This document shows positions 12,845 to 22,315 of a DNA stretch of 32,000 nt, in pieces. The notes under the pieces were generated by a model. That model ran no database searches. It was not told the DNA's origin and saw nothing but the letters and a program-made list of their open reading frames with translations. The position numbers and the translations under genes were made by a program. The stretch comes from Ruminococcaceae bacterium FB2012 (GTDB lineage Bacteria > Bacillota > Clostridia > Oscillospirales > Ruminococcaceae). Within the stretch, counting starts at the first letter, position 1, and the number at the start of each line of letters is the position of its first letter. Location of the stretch: positions 1 to 32,000 of the forward strand of contig FMXS01000017.1 in the NCBI GenBank assembly GCA_900104495.1. The letters run 5' to 3'.

Positions 12845-14209
12845 ATGGGAATAAATGTGGCGCTTGACGGGCCTTCGGGAGCAGGAAAATCCACCATTGC
12901 AAAGAAGATCGCCGCCAGGCTCGGATATATATATGTTGATACCGGAGCGCTTTACCGCTCCGTGGCTTACTATACCGTTTCGCAGGGCATCAGCCCCGAC
13001 GACAGCAAAAAGGTCATTGCCGCTCTGGAGGGCTGCAAGGTAGGGCTGGAATACCGCGAAGGGTCCCAGTGCGTGATCGTCAACGGCGAGGACGTTTCGG
13101 GGAAGATACGCACTCCCGAGATCTCCATGGCTGCCTCAAAGGTCTCGGCAATACCCGAGGTCCGCAGCTTCCTGTTCGATCTTCAGAAGGATATTGCCGC
13201 AAAGAACGATATTATAATGGACGGACGGGACATCGGCACCGTGGTGCTTCCCGACGCGCAGGTCAAGATCTTTCTGACGGCCTCCGCCGAGGAGCGGGCC
13301 AACAGACGCTTCAAGGAGCTTCAGGAAAAGGGAGATCCTTCCACCTATGAGGAAGTGCTGGCCGACATCAATCAGCGGGACTACAACGATACCCACCGTG
13401 AGACCGCTCCCCTAAAAAAAGCCGAGGATGCCATAGAGGTGGACTCCACTTCAATGACCCTTGAAGAAGTCGTCAGTCATATCGCAGGGATAATCACCGA
13501 AAAGACAGGAGCCGCTCCCGTCAAGGTGAAGAAGGAGAAAAAGGAGCGCAAGCCCCTGCTGGACTTCTCGGGCGTCGAGCCCGTAAAGCGAGGGAAGAAG
13601 CTCAATCCCGTGAAGATGTTCTTCTATACTATATTAAGGTATATGGTGCTGGGCGGCTTCAAGATCGCCTATAATCTCAAATTCGAGGGCAAGGAGAACG
13701 TCCCCAAGGACGGAAGCAATATCTTCGCCTCCAATCACAGAGGCTATGTGGACCCCGTGTTCATCAGCCTTGCCTGCCGTGTGCCCAATACCTTCATGGC
13801 CAAGGAGGAACTGTTCCACTCCAAGAAGTTCTTCGTGTGGATAATCAAGAAGTTCGGAGCCTTCCCCGTGGAACGCGGCAAAGGGGATATGCAGGCTATA
13901 AACACATCCTTTGAAAAGCTCAATTCGGGACGCAACCTCGTCATCTTCCCGGAAGGGACACGCTCCCACGACGGCAAGGTGGGCAGAGGCAAGACCGGCG
14001 TGGCTCTTATCGCCGCGGTGGCGCAGTGCCCGGTCATTCCCGTGGGAATAAACTACCAGGGCGAGAAGCTCAAATTCAGAAAGAAAGTCGTGATCCGTTT
14101 CGGCAAGCCTATCAGCCCCGAACAACTGAAGATCACCACCCCCGGCGCCAAGGAGCTGAAACTGCTGAGAACAACGATCATGGACGCGATCGTGGATCTG
14201 GTGCATTGA
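12845..14209 (+). CDS. cmk: Fusion protein: cytidylate kinase (N-terminal) plus 1-acyl-sn-glycerol-3-phosphate acyltransferase (C-terminal)
   Basis: The N-terminal half, MGINVALDGPSGAGKSTIAKKIAARLGYIYVDTGALYR, is Cmk. A Lys-rich linker and a hydrophobic helix (FFYTILRYMVLGGF) follow. The C-terminal half carries the PlsC motifs NHRGYVDP and FPEGTRS. It is one uninterrupted frame. GGAAGGAG lies 8 nt upstream of ATG 12845. Confidence 0.85.
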   Translation: MGINVALDGPSGAGKSTIAKKIAARLGYIYVDTGALYRSVAYYTVSQGISPDDSKKVIAALEGCKVGLEYREGSQCVIVNGEDVSGKIRTPEISMAASKVSAIPEVRSFLFDLQKDIAAKNDIIMDGRDIGTVVLPDAQVKIFLTASAEERANRRFKELQEKGDPSTYEEVLADINQRDYNDTHRETAPLKKAEDAIEVDSTSMTLEEVVSHIAGIITEKTGAAPVKVKKEKKERKPLLDFSGVEPVKRGKKLNPVKMFFYTILRYMVLGGFKIAYNLKFEGKENVPKDGSNIFASNHRGYVDPVFISLACRVPNTFMAKEELFHSKKFFVWIIKKFGAFPVERGKGDMQAINTSFEKLNSGRNLVIFPEGTRSHDGKVGRGKTGVALIAAVAQCPVIPVGINYQGEKLKFRKKVVIRFGKPISPEQLKITTPGAKELKLLRTTIMDAIVDLVH

Positions 14210-14210
14210 A

Positions 14211-16208
14211 ATGTTAACAGAGTGTAAAATTTTGGTTGCAAAGACCGCAGGTTTCTGTTTTGGTGTAGACAGGGCCGTAAAAATAGTGTATAATGAATTA
14301 GATATCCGAAATAATGTTGTGACGTTAGGGCCTTTGATCCATAACGGAAAATTCGTTGCCGATCTCGAAAGCAGAGGGTGCAGAGCCGTCTCGCTGGAGG
14401 AGGTCAGAGCGGATAATACCGTCGTGATACGTTCCCACGGAGTCGCCAAGGATGTCTTCGACAGGCTGGCTGAAATAGGCTGCACCGTCGTGGATGCCAC
14501 CTGCCCTTTCGTTGAGCGCATACACAAGAAGGCCGCCGAGAATTCCGCCGAAGGGCGCACGGTGCTCATCGCCGGAGACCCCGCTCACCCGGAAGTCCAG
14601 GGGATAAAGGGTCACTGCAGCGGAGAATGCTATGTGTTTGACGGGTGTGAAGAGCTTGAAAGTTTAGTGAAAAGCGGCGTCCTCGCTGAAAAAAAGCTTG
14701 CAATTTTATCGCAGACGACGTATAATAAAAAGAAATGGGATGAGTGCTGCGAGCTGGCAGCAAGGCTCCTCCCGCAGGCGAAGATATACCATACCATATG
14801 CAGCGCTACCGCAGAAAGGCAGGCCGAGGCCGCCGAGCTGGCACAGAAGGCGGATGTTATGGTGATCGTCGGAGGGCGGCTCAGTTCCAATACTCACAAG
14901 CTCAAAGCCGTGTGCGAAGGCTATTGCCCCACCTATCTTATCGAGGGTGCGGACGAGCTTAAAGGAATAGACTTTTCGTCTGCAAAAATCATCGGGATCT
15001 CTGCAGGAGCTTCGACTCCTGCTTATATAATCAAGGAGGTAGTTCGGACCATGAGTGAAATCATCAACAATGAAGAGGAGTTTAACTTCGAGGAGGCACT
15101 GGAGGCGTCTCTGAAGCCTATACATATAGGAAAGAGAGTGCAGGGCACTGTTTTGAGTGTAAACAGCAACGAAGTCTATGTTGACCTCGGAACCAAGCAG
15201 CAGGGCATCATCCCCGCAGCAGAACTCAGCGACGATCCCGGCGTTAAGCCCGAGGATGTAGTCAAGGTGGGCGACGTTGTGGACCTTATCGTCCTCAAGC
15301 CCAACGACCAGGAGGGCATCGTAACACTGTCCAAGAAGCGCGTTGACGCAGCAGTCGGCTTTGAAAAGATCATGGCTGCCAAGGAAGAGGGTACTGTCCT
15401 CACAGGCGTTGTTACCAACGTTATCAAGGGCGGCGTGCTGGTTTCCTGCTTCGGCGTAAAGGTGTTCATCCCCGCTTCCCATGCGGCTCCCAAGAGAGAC
15501 TTTGACCTCAACTCGCTGCTCCGTCAGCAGGTAGAGTTCAAGATCATTGAAGTTACCGAGAACAAGCAGAGAGCTGTCGGCTCCATCAAGGAAGTTGCCA
15601 AGGCTCAGAAGGCTGCCGCACAGATCTCGTTCTTCGAGAATACCAAGGTGGGCGATACCGTTACAGGCGAAGTCAAGAGCATCACCGATTACGGCGTGTT
15701 CGTTGACCTGGGCGGCGTTGACGGCCTCGTAAGAAGAGCCGATCTGTCCTGGAACCGCTTCAAGCATCCTTCCGAGATCGTTTCTGTCGGCGACAAGATC
15801 GAAGTTACCATCAAGGACATCGACCCCGAGACCAAGAAGGTCGCTCTCACCTATAAGAAGGATTCCGAGAATCCCTGGGAGATCTTCAGAGCAAACTTTG
15901 AGCAGGGCCAGGTAATCAAGGCAACTGTCGTTTCCATCACTTCCTTCGGCGCCTTTGCTCAGATCATCAACGGCGTTGACGGCCTTATCCACATCTCGCA
16001 GATCGCCAACAAGAGAGTTGACAATGTTGCCGATATCCTCAAGGTGGGCGACGAGGTCGAGGTCAAGATCACTGAGATCGATCCCGAGAAGAAGCGCATC
16101 AGCCTCTCCATGAGAGCTCTGCTCCCCGAAGAGGAGGATGAAGCAGTCTACGATACCGAGGAGGCCGAGGCCGAAGAGTCGGAGGAGACTGAGGGCTCTG
16201 AGGAATAA
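14211..16208 (+). CDS. ispH: Bifunctional 4-hydroxy-3-methylbut-2-enyl diphosphate reductase (IspH) / ribosomal protein S1
   Basis: The N-terminal ~280 aa (KTAGFCFGVDRAV..., ATCPFV..., ICSAT...) is IspH/LytB. The C-terminal half carries four S1 repeats (e.g. GTVLSVNSNEVYVDLG, GEVKSITDYGVFVDLG, ATVVSITSFGAFAQI) and an acidic tail. This fusion is commonly annotated in Clostridia. The ATG lies 1 nt after the upstream stop. Confidence 0.92.
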   Translation: MLTECKILVAKTAGFCFGVDRAVKIVYNELDIRNNVVTLGPLIHNGKFVADLESRGCRAVSLEEVRADNTVVIRSHGVAKDVFDRLAEIGCTVVDATCPFVERIHKKAAENSAEGRTVLIAGDPAHPEVQGIKGHCSGECYVFDGCEELESLVKSGVLAEKKLAILSQTTYNKKKWDECCELAARLLPQAKIYHTICSATAERQAEAAELAQKADVMVIVGGRLSSNTHKLKAVCEGYCPTYLIEGADELKGIDFSSAKIIGISAGASTPAYIIKEVVRTMSEIINNEEEFNFEEALEASLKPIHIGKRVQGTVLSVNSNEVYVDLGTKQQGIIPAAELSDDPGVKPEDVVKVGDVVDLIVLKPNDQEGIVTLSKKRVDAAVGFEKIMAAKEEGTVLTGVVTNVIKGGVLVSCFGVKVFIPASHAAPKRDFDLNSLLRQQVEFKIIEVTENKQRAVGSIKEVAKAQKAAAQISFFENTKVGDTVTGEVKSITDYGVFVDLGGVDGLVRRADLSWNRFKHPSEIVSVGDKIEVTIKDIDPETKKVALTYKKDSENPWEIFRANFEQGQVIKATVVSITSFGAFAQIINGVDGLIHISQIANKRVDNVADILKVGDEVEVKITEIDPEKKRISLSMRALLPEEEDEAVYDTEEAEAEESEETEGSEE

Positions 16209-16308
16209 TCCGCAGACTTCGGAATATAATAATTTCGCTCGTTCAACACAAGCACAGACGAAGGACAGTTCAGATGCAGGTCCTTTGCCGGCAGTTTGAA
16301 AAAGCAGC

Positions 16309-16340
16309 AAGGGGGCGAGTTTCGTCCCCTTTTCTATTTC
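16309..16340 (+). terminator. Intrinsic terminator after ispH-rpsA
   Basis: AAGGGGGCGA-GTT-TCGTCCCCTT is followed by TTCTATTT. Confidence 0.75.
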
Positions 16341-16384
16341 AGCGGACGAAGGGAGGTATTTGATCCGCTTGCGGCGGAGACGAT

Positions 16385-18652
16385 ATGGATAATAATACCA
16401 GAAAAGATCCCAACAGAAAGAAAAAAGCTCCCGAACAGATAAGAAGAAACGGAGCACTGACACACAGAAAGAAAAAGAGGGGCAGAAGCGTGGGCGCGTC
16501 CGTGGCGGTGCACAGCATCAAGGTCATCGGAACGATACTGCTCTCGCTGTTCCTTATCATTGTCATCACCGGCTCCATATTCGTGACGGTGCTGACTATC
16601 TATGTCCTGAATTTCTCCAATGTGGACGAGACCATAACCCTGGACAAGGGCGTGGTGTCCAGCAATATCACCAAGTTTCTGTATAAGAATCCCGACTACG
16701 ACCCCGACGATCCCGATTCGGAGGAGTATGTGCTTTACTATGCTCTGAAAAATCCCGGAAGAAAATCCCAGTGGGTGGATCTTTCGGAGATACCCCAGCA
16801 CGTCCAGGACGCTTATATCGCCGCCGAGGACGAGCGCTTTATGGAGCACGACGGCGTTGACTTTCTGAGAACCTTCTCGGCTATCGCAAATACCCTGCTG
16901 GGACGTACTCAGGGCGGTTCCACCATTACGATGCAGACCATAAAGAATATCACCGGCGAGAATCAGCAGCGCGGTATCGAGGGTATGGAGCGTAAGATCA
17001 AGGAGATATTCCGGGCGATCAATACCGAGAAGATATACACCAAGGAGGATATCCTCCAGTGCTATCTGAATATCATCGGTCTGGGCGACGGCTACCAGGA
17101 TATCGTGGGCGTACAGGCGGCGGCGAATTACTACTTCGGCAAGGATATAACTCAGATAGATATTGCTGAGGCGGCCTGCCTTGCGGCCATCACCAAGGAG
17201 CCTGCCACACTCAATCCCCTCAATCACGAGGAGGATAACAGATACCGTAAGGAATGGGTGCTGAAAAAGATGATGGAACTGGGCTCTATCACCGATGCCG
17301 AGTATCAGTTCGCTCTCAACAAGCAGCTGACGATCATCGGAGACCCGGATTTCCAGAGCAGGACCGACGTTGACGAGGACGAGCTGAACAATCAGGGCCT
17401 CACCGACTGGTTCATGGACGAGGCTATCGACGAGGCTATAAACCGCATCTCCGAGAAGAAGGGCATCTCCGCCACCGAGGCGAGACAGGAACTCTATAAC
17501 GGCGGCTACGATATCTATACCAGCGTTGACATCAATATGCAGAAAAAGCTGGAAAAGGAAATGCAGAAGGCCAGCAATTTCCAGACCTACGCCTTCGACG
17601 ACGATAAACTGCTCTCCTGCTTCGTGGCTATGGACTACGAAGGAAATGTCAAGGCGGTGGTGGGCAAGCGCACCGAAAAGAAGGAGTGGGACGAGTTCAA
17701 TATCGCCACCGACGGTAAGCGTTCCCCCGGTTCGTGTATCAAGCCTATCGCTTCCTATGCGCCGGCTATGGACCAGGATATCATCACCTATTCGTCTCTG
17801 ATAAACGACAGCCCTATCACCATCACCAACGAGAAGGGCGAGAAGGAAGAGTGGCCTGTAAACTACTCGGAAGTTGACGGCAAGTGGGGCAACTGGTCAA
17901 GACAGGATATCTTCGCTTGGCAGATGCTGGCGCGGTCCCTCAATACGGCTCCCGCACAGCTGGTTGAAAAGATGACTCCCGCTTACTGCTATAACTTCCT
18001 TAAAGAAAAGCTGGATGTCTCCACTCTTACCGAAAACGACATCAACTATTCGCCTGTTACCGTCGGCGGTCTCACCGAAGGCCTGCATCTCCAGGACCTG
18101 GTGGGCGCGTATATGATCTTCGGCAACGGAGGAAAGAAATATGAAGTCACCTATATCACCAGCATAGTTGATCCCCAGGACGAGATAATCTACGAGAAGA
18201 GCGACGGCTACAAGCAGGCGGTCAGCGAATCCACGGCATACGTTATGAACAGGATGATGCAGAAAGTCATCACCGAATCCAACGGTACAGGACGCTACGC
18301 GAAGCTGAACAAGACGGCCCTCGCAGGCAAGACGGGTACTTCGTCCGAGTGGAACGACCTTTCATTCGTCGGCGTAACGCCCGACTATGTCAGCGGTGTG
18401 TGGATCGGTTACGAATTCCTGGAGCAGATCCCCACGGAGAAGTATCAGAATATCGGCGCGATATGGAAGAACCTCTTCGGTGACGTCGCCGAGACCGAAC
18501 CGCATCACAACTTTGAAAAGCCCGACACGGTCATCGAGGCAAAATACTGCACAAAGACCGGCCTGCTGGCAGGAAACAGCTGTTACAGCACCGACATCGG
18601 CTACTACAAGCAGACCAATGTGCCTGCGACCTGCAGCGGCTATCACGGATAA
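16385..18652 (+). CDS. Class A penicillin-binding protein (GT51 transglycosylase plus transpeptidase)
   Basis: It has a basic N-terminus and a TM anchor. The GT51 motifs are AEDERFMEHDGVD and GGSTITMQ. The transpeptidase motifs are SPGSCIKP (SxxK) and GKTGTS (KTG). Confidence 0.92.
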   Translation: MDNNTRKDPNRKKKAPEQIRRNGALTHRKKKRGRSVGASVAVHSIKVIGTILLSLFLIIVITGSIFVTVLTIYVLNFSNVDETITLDKGVVSSNITKFLYKNPDYDPDDPDSEEYVLYYALKNPGRKSQWVDLSEIPQHVQDAYIAAEDERFMEHDGVDFLRTFSAIANTLLGRTQGGSTITMQTIKNITGENQQRGIEGMERKIKEIFRAINTEKIYTKEDILQCYLNIIGLGDGYQDIVGVQAAANYYFGKDITQIDIAEAACLAAITKEPATLNPLNHEEDNRYRKEWVLKKMMELGSITDAEYQFALNKQLTIIGDPDFQSRTDVDEDELNNQGLTDWFMDEAIDEAINRISEKKGISATEARQELYNGGYDIYTSVDINMQKKLEKEMQKASNFQTYAFDDDKLLSCFVAMDYEGNVKAVVGKRTEKKEWDEFNIATDGKRSPGSCIKPIASYAPAMDQDIITYSSLINDSPITITNEKGEKEEWPVNYSEVDGKWGNWSRQDIFAWQMLARSLNTAPAQLVEKMTPAYCYNFLKEKLDVSTLTENDINYSPVTVGGLTEGLHLQDLVGAYMIFGNGGKKYEVTYITSIVDPQDEIIYEKSDGYKQAVSESTAYVMNRMMQKVITESNGTGRYAKLNKTALAGKTGTSSEWNDLSFVGVTPDYVSGVWIGYEFLEQIPTEKYQNIGAIWKNLFGDVAETEPHHNFEKPDTVIEAKYCTKTGLLAGNSCYSTDIGYYKQTNVPATCSGYHG

Positions 18653-18658
18653 CAGACG

Positions 18659-18698
18659 AAACGGTATCCCACCCGAAACGCGGGATACCGTTTTCTTT
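18659..18698 (+). terminator. Intrinsic terminator after the PBP gene
   Basis: ACGGTATCCC-N11-GGGATACCGT is followed by TTTTCTTT. Confidence 0.8.
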
Positions 18699-18712
18699 AC
18701 GGAGGATAAACT

Positions 18713-19828
18713 ATGAACGACATCACCTTCTGCGTGCCCTGTCATTTCGGATTGGAAAGCGTGCTGAAATTTGAGCTGGGCAGGATCGGTGCGGAGAACA
18801 TCACCGTCAGCGACGGAAAGCTGGGCTTCACCGGCGGCGAGGAGCTTATCGCCCGGGCAAATTATCGGCTGGCCACCGCCGAGCGCGTGCTTATCGAGCT
18901 TGGAACCTTCCGGGCGGAGACCTTCACACAGCTGTTCGACAGCGTCAAGGCTCTGCCGCTGGAGCGCTTCATCGGCAGGAAGGACGCCTTCCCCGTCAAG
19001 GGGCATTGCCTCGACTCGAAGCTCCACAGCGTCCCCGACTGTCAGAAGATAATCAAAAAAGCCGCCGTGGAGCGGCTGAAAACTAAGTACGGCGTCAGCT
19101 GGTTCGAGGAAACGGGCGCGGTGCATCAGTTACAGTTCGTGATCCGTAAGGACATCTGCTCGCTGTACCTTGACACCACGGGAGCGGGCCTCCACAAGCG
19201 GGGCTACCGTCAGAATTCCAACGAGGCCCCCATAAAGGAGACCCTTGCGGCGGGCATCGTCGATCTGGCGCGGGTGCGCCAGGATACCGCAGTCGTGGAC
19301 CCCATGTGCGGCTCGGGGACTTTTCTGATCGAAGCGGCGTACAAGGCCGCCAACATCGCTCCGGGACTTCGCAGGCACTTCGCCGCGGAGCAATGGGAGC
19401 AGGTGAGCAGGGATATCTGGAAGCGCGAGAAGGAACAGGCTCTTTCCGAGGTCCGCCGGGACATCGGCTTCAAGGGGCTGGGCTTCGACATCGACGCCGA
19501 AGCCGTGGCTCTCACCGAGGACAACGCCAAAAAGGCGGGAGTCATCTCCCGGATACAGGCCGCGAAGCGGGATATTGCCTATTACGAGCGGGTCCCCGGG
19601 GCTACGGTCATCGTCAACCCGCCCTACGGCGAAAGGATGCTGGAACTCCGTGAGGCCGAGGAGCTTTACAAGCTCATGGGAGAAAAGCTCTCCCCTTCCC
19701 GGGAGGAGCCCTGCTTCATCATCACTCCCCACGAGGACTTCGAGAAATTCTTCGGCCGCAAAGCCGACAAGAAGCGCAAGCTCTACAACGGCATGATAAA
19801 GTGCGAGCTGTTCATGTATTTCAAATAA
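18713..19828 (+). CDS. THUMP-domain class I SAM-dependent RNA methyltransferase (RlmL/YpsC-like, COG0116)
   Basis: 371 aa with a THUMP-like N-terminal half, the SAM motif VVDPMCGSGTFLIEAA and the catalytic NPPYG (IVNPPYGERM). Confidence 0.85.
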   Translation: MNDITFCVPCHFGLESVLKFELGRIGAENITVSDGKLGFTGGEELIARANYRLATAERVLIELGTFRAETFTQLFDSVKALPLERFIGRKDAFPVKGHCLDSKLHSVPDCQKIIKKAAVERLKTKYGVSWFEETGAVHQLQFVIRKDICSLYLDTTGAGLHKRGYRQNSNEAPIKETLAAGIVDLARVRQDTAVVDPMCGSGTFLIEAAYKAANIAPGLRRHFAAEQWEQVSRDIWKREKEQALSEVRRDIGFKGLGFDIDAEAVALTEDNAKKAGVISRIQAAKRDIAYYERVPGATVIVNPPYGERMLELREAEELYKLMGEKLSPSREEPCFIITPHEDFEKFFGRKADKKRKLYNGMIKCELFMYFK

Positions 19829-19858
19829 GCACGTCCCCGGAAAAATTCCCTCGAGGAC

Positions 19859-19887
19859 TTGACAAATCTGAAATGCTATGATATAAT
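19859..19887 (+). promoter_or_regulatory. Sigma-A promoter of secG
   Basis: TTGACA-aatctgaaatgctatga(17)-TATAAT with an extended TG, a perfect consensus. Confidence 0.75.
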
Positions 19888-19928
19888 ATATTAGATGTTC
19901 ACTAAATGACGGAAGGGATGTATGAAAA

Positions 19929-20315
19929 ATGAGCACAGTTGAAATAGTTGCAGGAGCTTTGCTTCTGGTAGCGGCGCTTATCATCATTCTGGTGGTGCTG
20001 GCGCAGGAAAGCAAGGAACAGGGCCTTACCTCGGCTATCGGCGGCGGAGCGAACGAGTCGTTCTACGAGCACAATATGGGCAAGACCCGTGACGCTAAGC
20101 TCTCCAAGTTCACACGCAATGCGGCTATCGTTCTGTTTATCGTTACGCTGGCAGTTAACCTGTTCTCGACGATCAACAGGAACAAGGCCTCGGATGAGGA
20201 CGCCTCCGACGACGCTGCTGTTGTAAGCACCGTTGAGGATGACACCGCAAGCACAGCCGCTGAAGCAGAAAGCACTGCGGAAGCCGCGGAAGCCGCCGAA
20301 AGCGCTGCCGAGTAA
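19929..20315 (+). CDS. secG: Preprotein translocase subunit SecG with an extended acidic Ala-rich tail
   Basis: The SecG core has two TM helices around LTSAIGGGANESFYEHNMGKTRDAKLSKFTRNAAIVLFIVTLAVNLF. It occupies the conserved position upstream of rnr. About 45 extra C-terminal residues are rich in D, E, A and S. Confidence 0.85.
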   Translation: MSTVEIVAGALLLVAALIIILVVLAQESKEQGLTSAIGGGANESFYEHNMGKTRDAKLSKFTRNAAIVLFIVTLAVNLFSTINRNKASDEDASDDAAVVSTVEDDTASTAAEAESTAEAAEAAESAAE

Positions 20316-20326
20316 TCAGATCGCTC

Positions 20327-20357
20327 AGCCCTGCCTTGGTGCAGGGCTTTTTGTTTT
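20327..20357 (+). terminator. Intrinsic terminator of secG
   Basis: AGCCCTGC-CTTGGT-GCAGGGCT is followed by TTTTGTTTT. Confidence 0.85.
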
Positions 20358-20392
20358 GAAAACAGAAAGGCCGGAGCGTTGAGGCTCCGGCC
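20358..20392 (-). terminator. Intrinsic terminator of the dockerin-protein gene
   Basis: A 9-bp perfect stem GGCCGGAGC/GCTCCGGCC is followed on the minus strand by TTTCTGTTTTC. Confidence 0.8.
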
Positions 20393-20399
20393 GTGTGAT

Positions 20400-22274
20400 T
20401 TACAGGGAATTTATAAGTCTTTGAAGGGCGGCTACGTCCTTCATGTTGATGCTTCCGCTGTTGTCGAGGTCTGAGTTGGATTCATTGATCGTTACATCCC
20501 AGCCGTTGACGTAGCGCTGGAGAGTTGCAAGGTCTTTCATATTGATGACCCCGTTGCCGTCAACGTCGCCTTTGAAGCCGCCCACGGTGAATTTCAGCTG
20601 ATAGGTGTAATAGAAGCCGTCCTTGCCGGTGAACTCGGCCCGTTTGCCGTTGACATTTACCACCGTGTCCTCGTTCAGTTCAAAATCGGGGGCAGGTTCG
20701 CCTACTGCGTAGGTCTTTGCCAGCTTGAAGTTCAGCGTGTATGTTTTGCCGTTCTTGAATTCGGTGACGCCCCACTGTATCATATAGGGGGGATCACTCC
20801 AGGTCACCTTGTTTTTCTTGCCGCTGTTGTCGTAGACCTTAACGCCGGAATCCGAAGGCGTGACGGAGATCACATCCTGATTGTTGGTGATTATCTCGCC
20901 GGCCTTCGGCTCGGGGACGGTTATGTTTACAGTGTCGTTAATGCCGGTCCAAATGGCTTTAAGGGTAATGCTGTCGGTGAGTTCGATCACATCGCCGGGA
21001 GCGCCCAGGTCCCATTTCCTGAATTTCTTTCCTGCGGGTGCGGTGAATTTACATTGAGGGAGAGTAAAGGAATTCGTTCCGCTGACGTAGGTCTCTTCCA
21101 TATAGCCCGAACCGCCGTTAGCATCGTAGCTTACTGTATAGATAGTCTTGTATTTGGCTTTGATCGCAACGTGCTTTGATGGCATTGTGAAAGTCGTGAC
21201 GGCGGAATAGGGGTCGGCGAGGACCACGCCTCCTCCGTCAACTACCCATTCTTCAAATATCTGATTGGGGTACACGCTGGGGTCTGCCTGAATTTTCAGC
21301 TTTGTTCCCGGAGAGGCTTCGTATGTCCTTGTGGCACCGTTTATTGCATAGGCTGCGCCGTTCTGAACAACAACGTCATAGGCGGAGGGGTTTGACTCCT
21401 TCTTTTTGAACACCGCCGTGAGGGTATAATTCCCTCTGACACGGTATCTTACCATTCGGTCTGCATACTGTTTTTTGAGAGGGGAATCGTCTAACCAGTA
21501 GGCAAAGCGGTAGTTCGCGTTAGCATCGCAGTCAATTATTTCAAGCTCGTCGTACTTGTAAAAACTTCCCTTCTGCTTAGTGGATCTGACCGCTATGCCG
21601 CCTTCGTCGGGTGAGCATACGACATTTAAACTGTATTTGTATTCGCCCTCTTTGTATCTTAGACGCAGAGTAACGTCTTCAGTGACAGGCTGACCGAACT
21701 TATAGGGCTTGCTCGTATCACCGTTTATATACCAGCCGTCGGGAACATAAGGGAGCTGGTCGTTGAAGCCGGAATACAGCGAACCTATTTCCGCAACAGA
21801 CTCACCGGGCATAACGTATTCATAGCGTTCCATAGGCATTGACTGTGACGAATTGTAAATATTATCAGCCGGAACGACATCTATAAAATGAACTCTCGGC
21901 TTATCATTGTAAGAGGCACGTATCCTGTTTTGACCCGTAACGGTATAAGTGTAGGTCCTGCTGTAGGAAAGGACAGTGCCAGCCTCTGTCGTCCAGCAAT
22001 TGAAATACGCTTCGTTTGTGCTTTCCTTGGCAACGACAGTTACCTTTGTGCCCTCTGCATACCCTTTTGAGAGATGATAGCCGTAATTGCCGTCATCAGC
22101 AAAGCAGATCATCTTTCTGTCATAGTGACGGGCTGTAACATTCACATATATAGTCTGCTTGTAAAGAGTGGCCGCATCAGTTTTGAATATCCCCTCCGGC
22201 AGAAATGCGAACATCGACAGCACAAGCATCAGCGCTGTCAGCACCGACAGCGAACGTGTTTTAACAGTGTTCAA
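20400..22274 (-). CDS. Secreted multi-repeat protein with a C-terminal type-I dockerin (cellulosome-associated, no recognisable catalytic domain)
   Basis: The signal peptide is (M)NTVKTRSLSVLTALMLVLSMFAFL. About five InlB-B / Listeria-Bacteroides-repeat-like modules follow, each with an aromatic-x-x-W core (FNCW, DGWY, FAYW, FEEW, FRKW; e.g. YTVSYDANGGSG...FRKWDLG...LKAIW). The C-terminal duplicated Ca-binding dockerin segments are DVDGNGVINMKDLATLQRYV and DLDNSGSINMKDVAALQRLI. AAGGAGGG lies 6 nt upstream of TTG 22274. Confidence 0.85.
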   Translation of the reverse strand: MNTVKTRSLSVLTALMLVLSMFAFLPEGIFKTDAATLYKQTIYVNVTARHYDRKMICFADDGNYGYHLSKGYAEGTKVTVVAKESTNEAYFNCWTTEAGTVLSYSRTYTYTVTGQNRIRASYNDKPRVHFIDVVPADNIYNSSQSMPMERYEYVMPGESVAEIGSLYSGFNDQLPYVPDGWYINGDTSKPYKFGQPVTEDVTLRLRYKEGEYKYSLNVVCSPDEGGIAVRSTKQKGSFYKYDELEIIDCDANANYRFAYWLDDSPLKKQYADRMVRYRVRGNYTLTAVFKKKESNPSAYDVVVQNGAAYAINGATRTYEASPGTKLKIQADPSVYPNQIFEEWVVDGGGVVLADPYSAVTTFTMPSKHVAIKAKYKTIYTVSYDANGGSGYMEETYVSGTNSFTLPQCKFTAPAGKKFRKWDLGAPGDVIELTDSITLKAIWTGINDTVNITVPEPKAGEIITNNQDVISVTPSDSGVKVYDNSGKKNKVTWSDPPYMIQWGVTEFKNGKTYTLNFKLAKTYAVGEPAPDFELNEDTVVNVNGKRAEFTGKDGFYYTYQLKFTVGGFKGDVDGNGVINMKDLATLQRYVNGWDVTINESNSDLDNSGSINMKDVAALQRLINSL

Positions 22275-22286
22275 ATCAAGCCCTCC

Positions 22287-22315
22287 TTTACAGATCAATT
22301 ATATATCTTTAATAT
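22287..22315 (+). promoter_or_regulatory. Candidate promoter of rnr; its -10 overlaps the -10 of the divergent promoter
   Basis: TTTACA-gatcaattatatatctt(17)-TAATAT. Confidence 0.45.

Noticed and set aside
14706-16463. 585-aa minus-strand ORF antisense to ispH-rpsA, and the similar 579-aa plus-strand ORF at 29880-31619 antisense to ftsK
   Set aside because: These are shadow ORFs of strongly supported genes. They have low-complexity Leu/Gly/Asp content and no SD.
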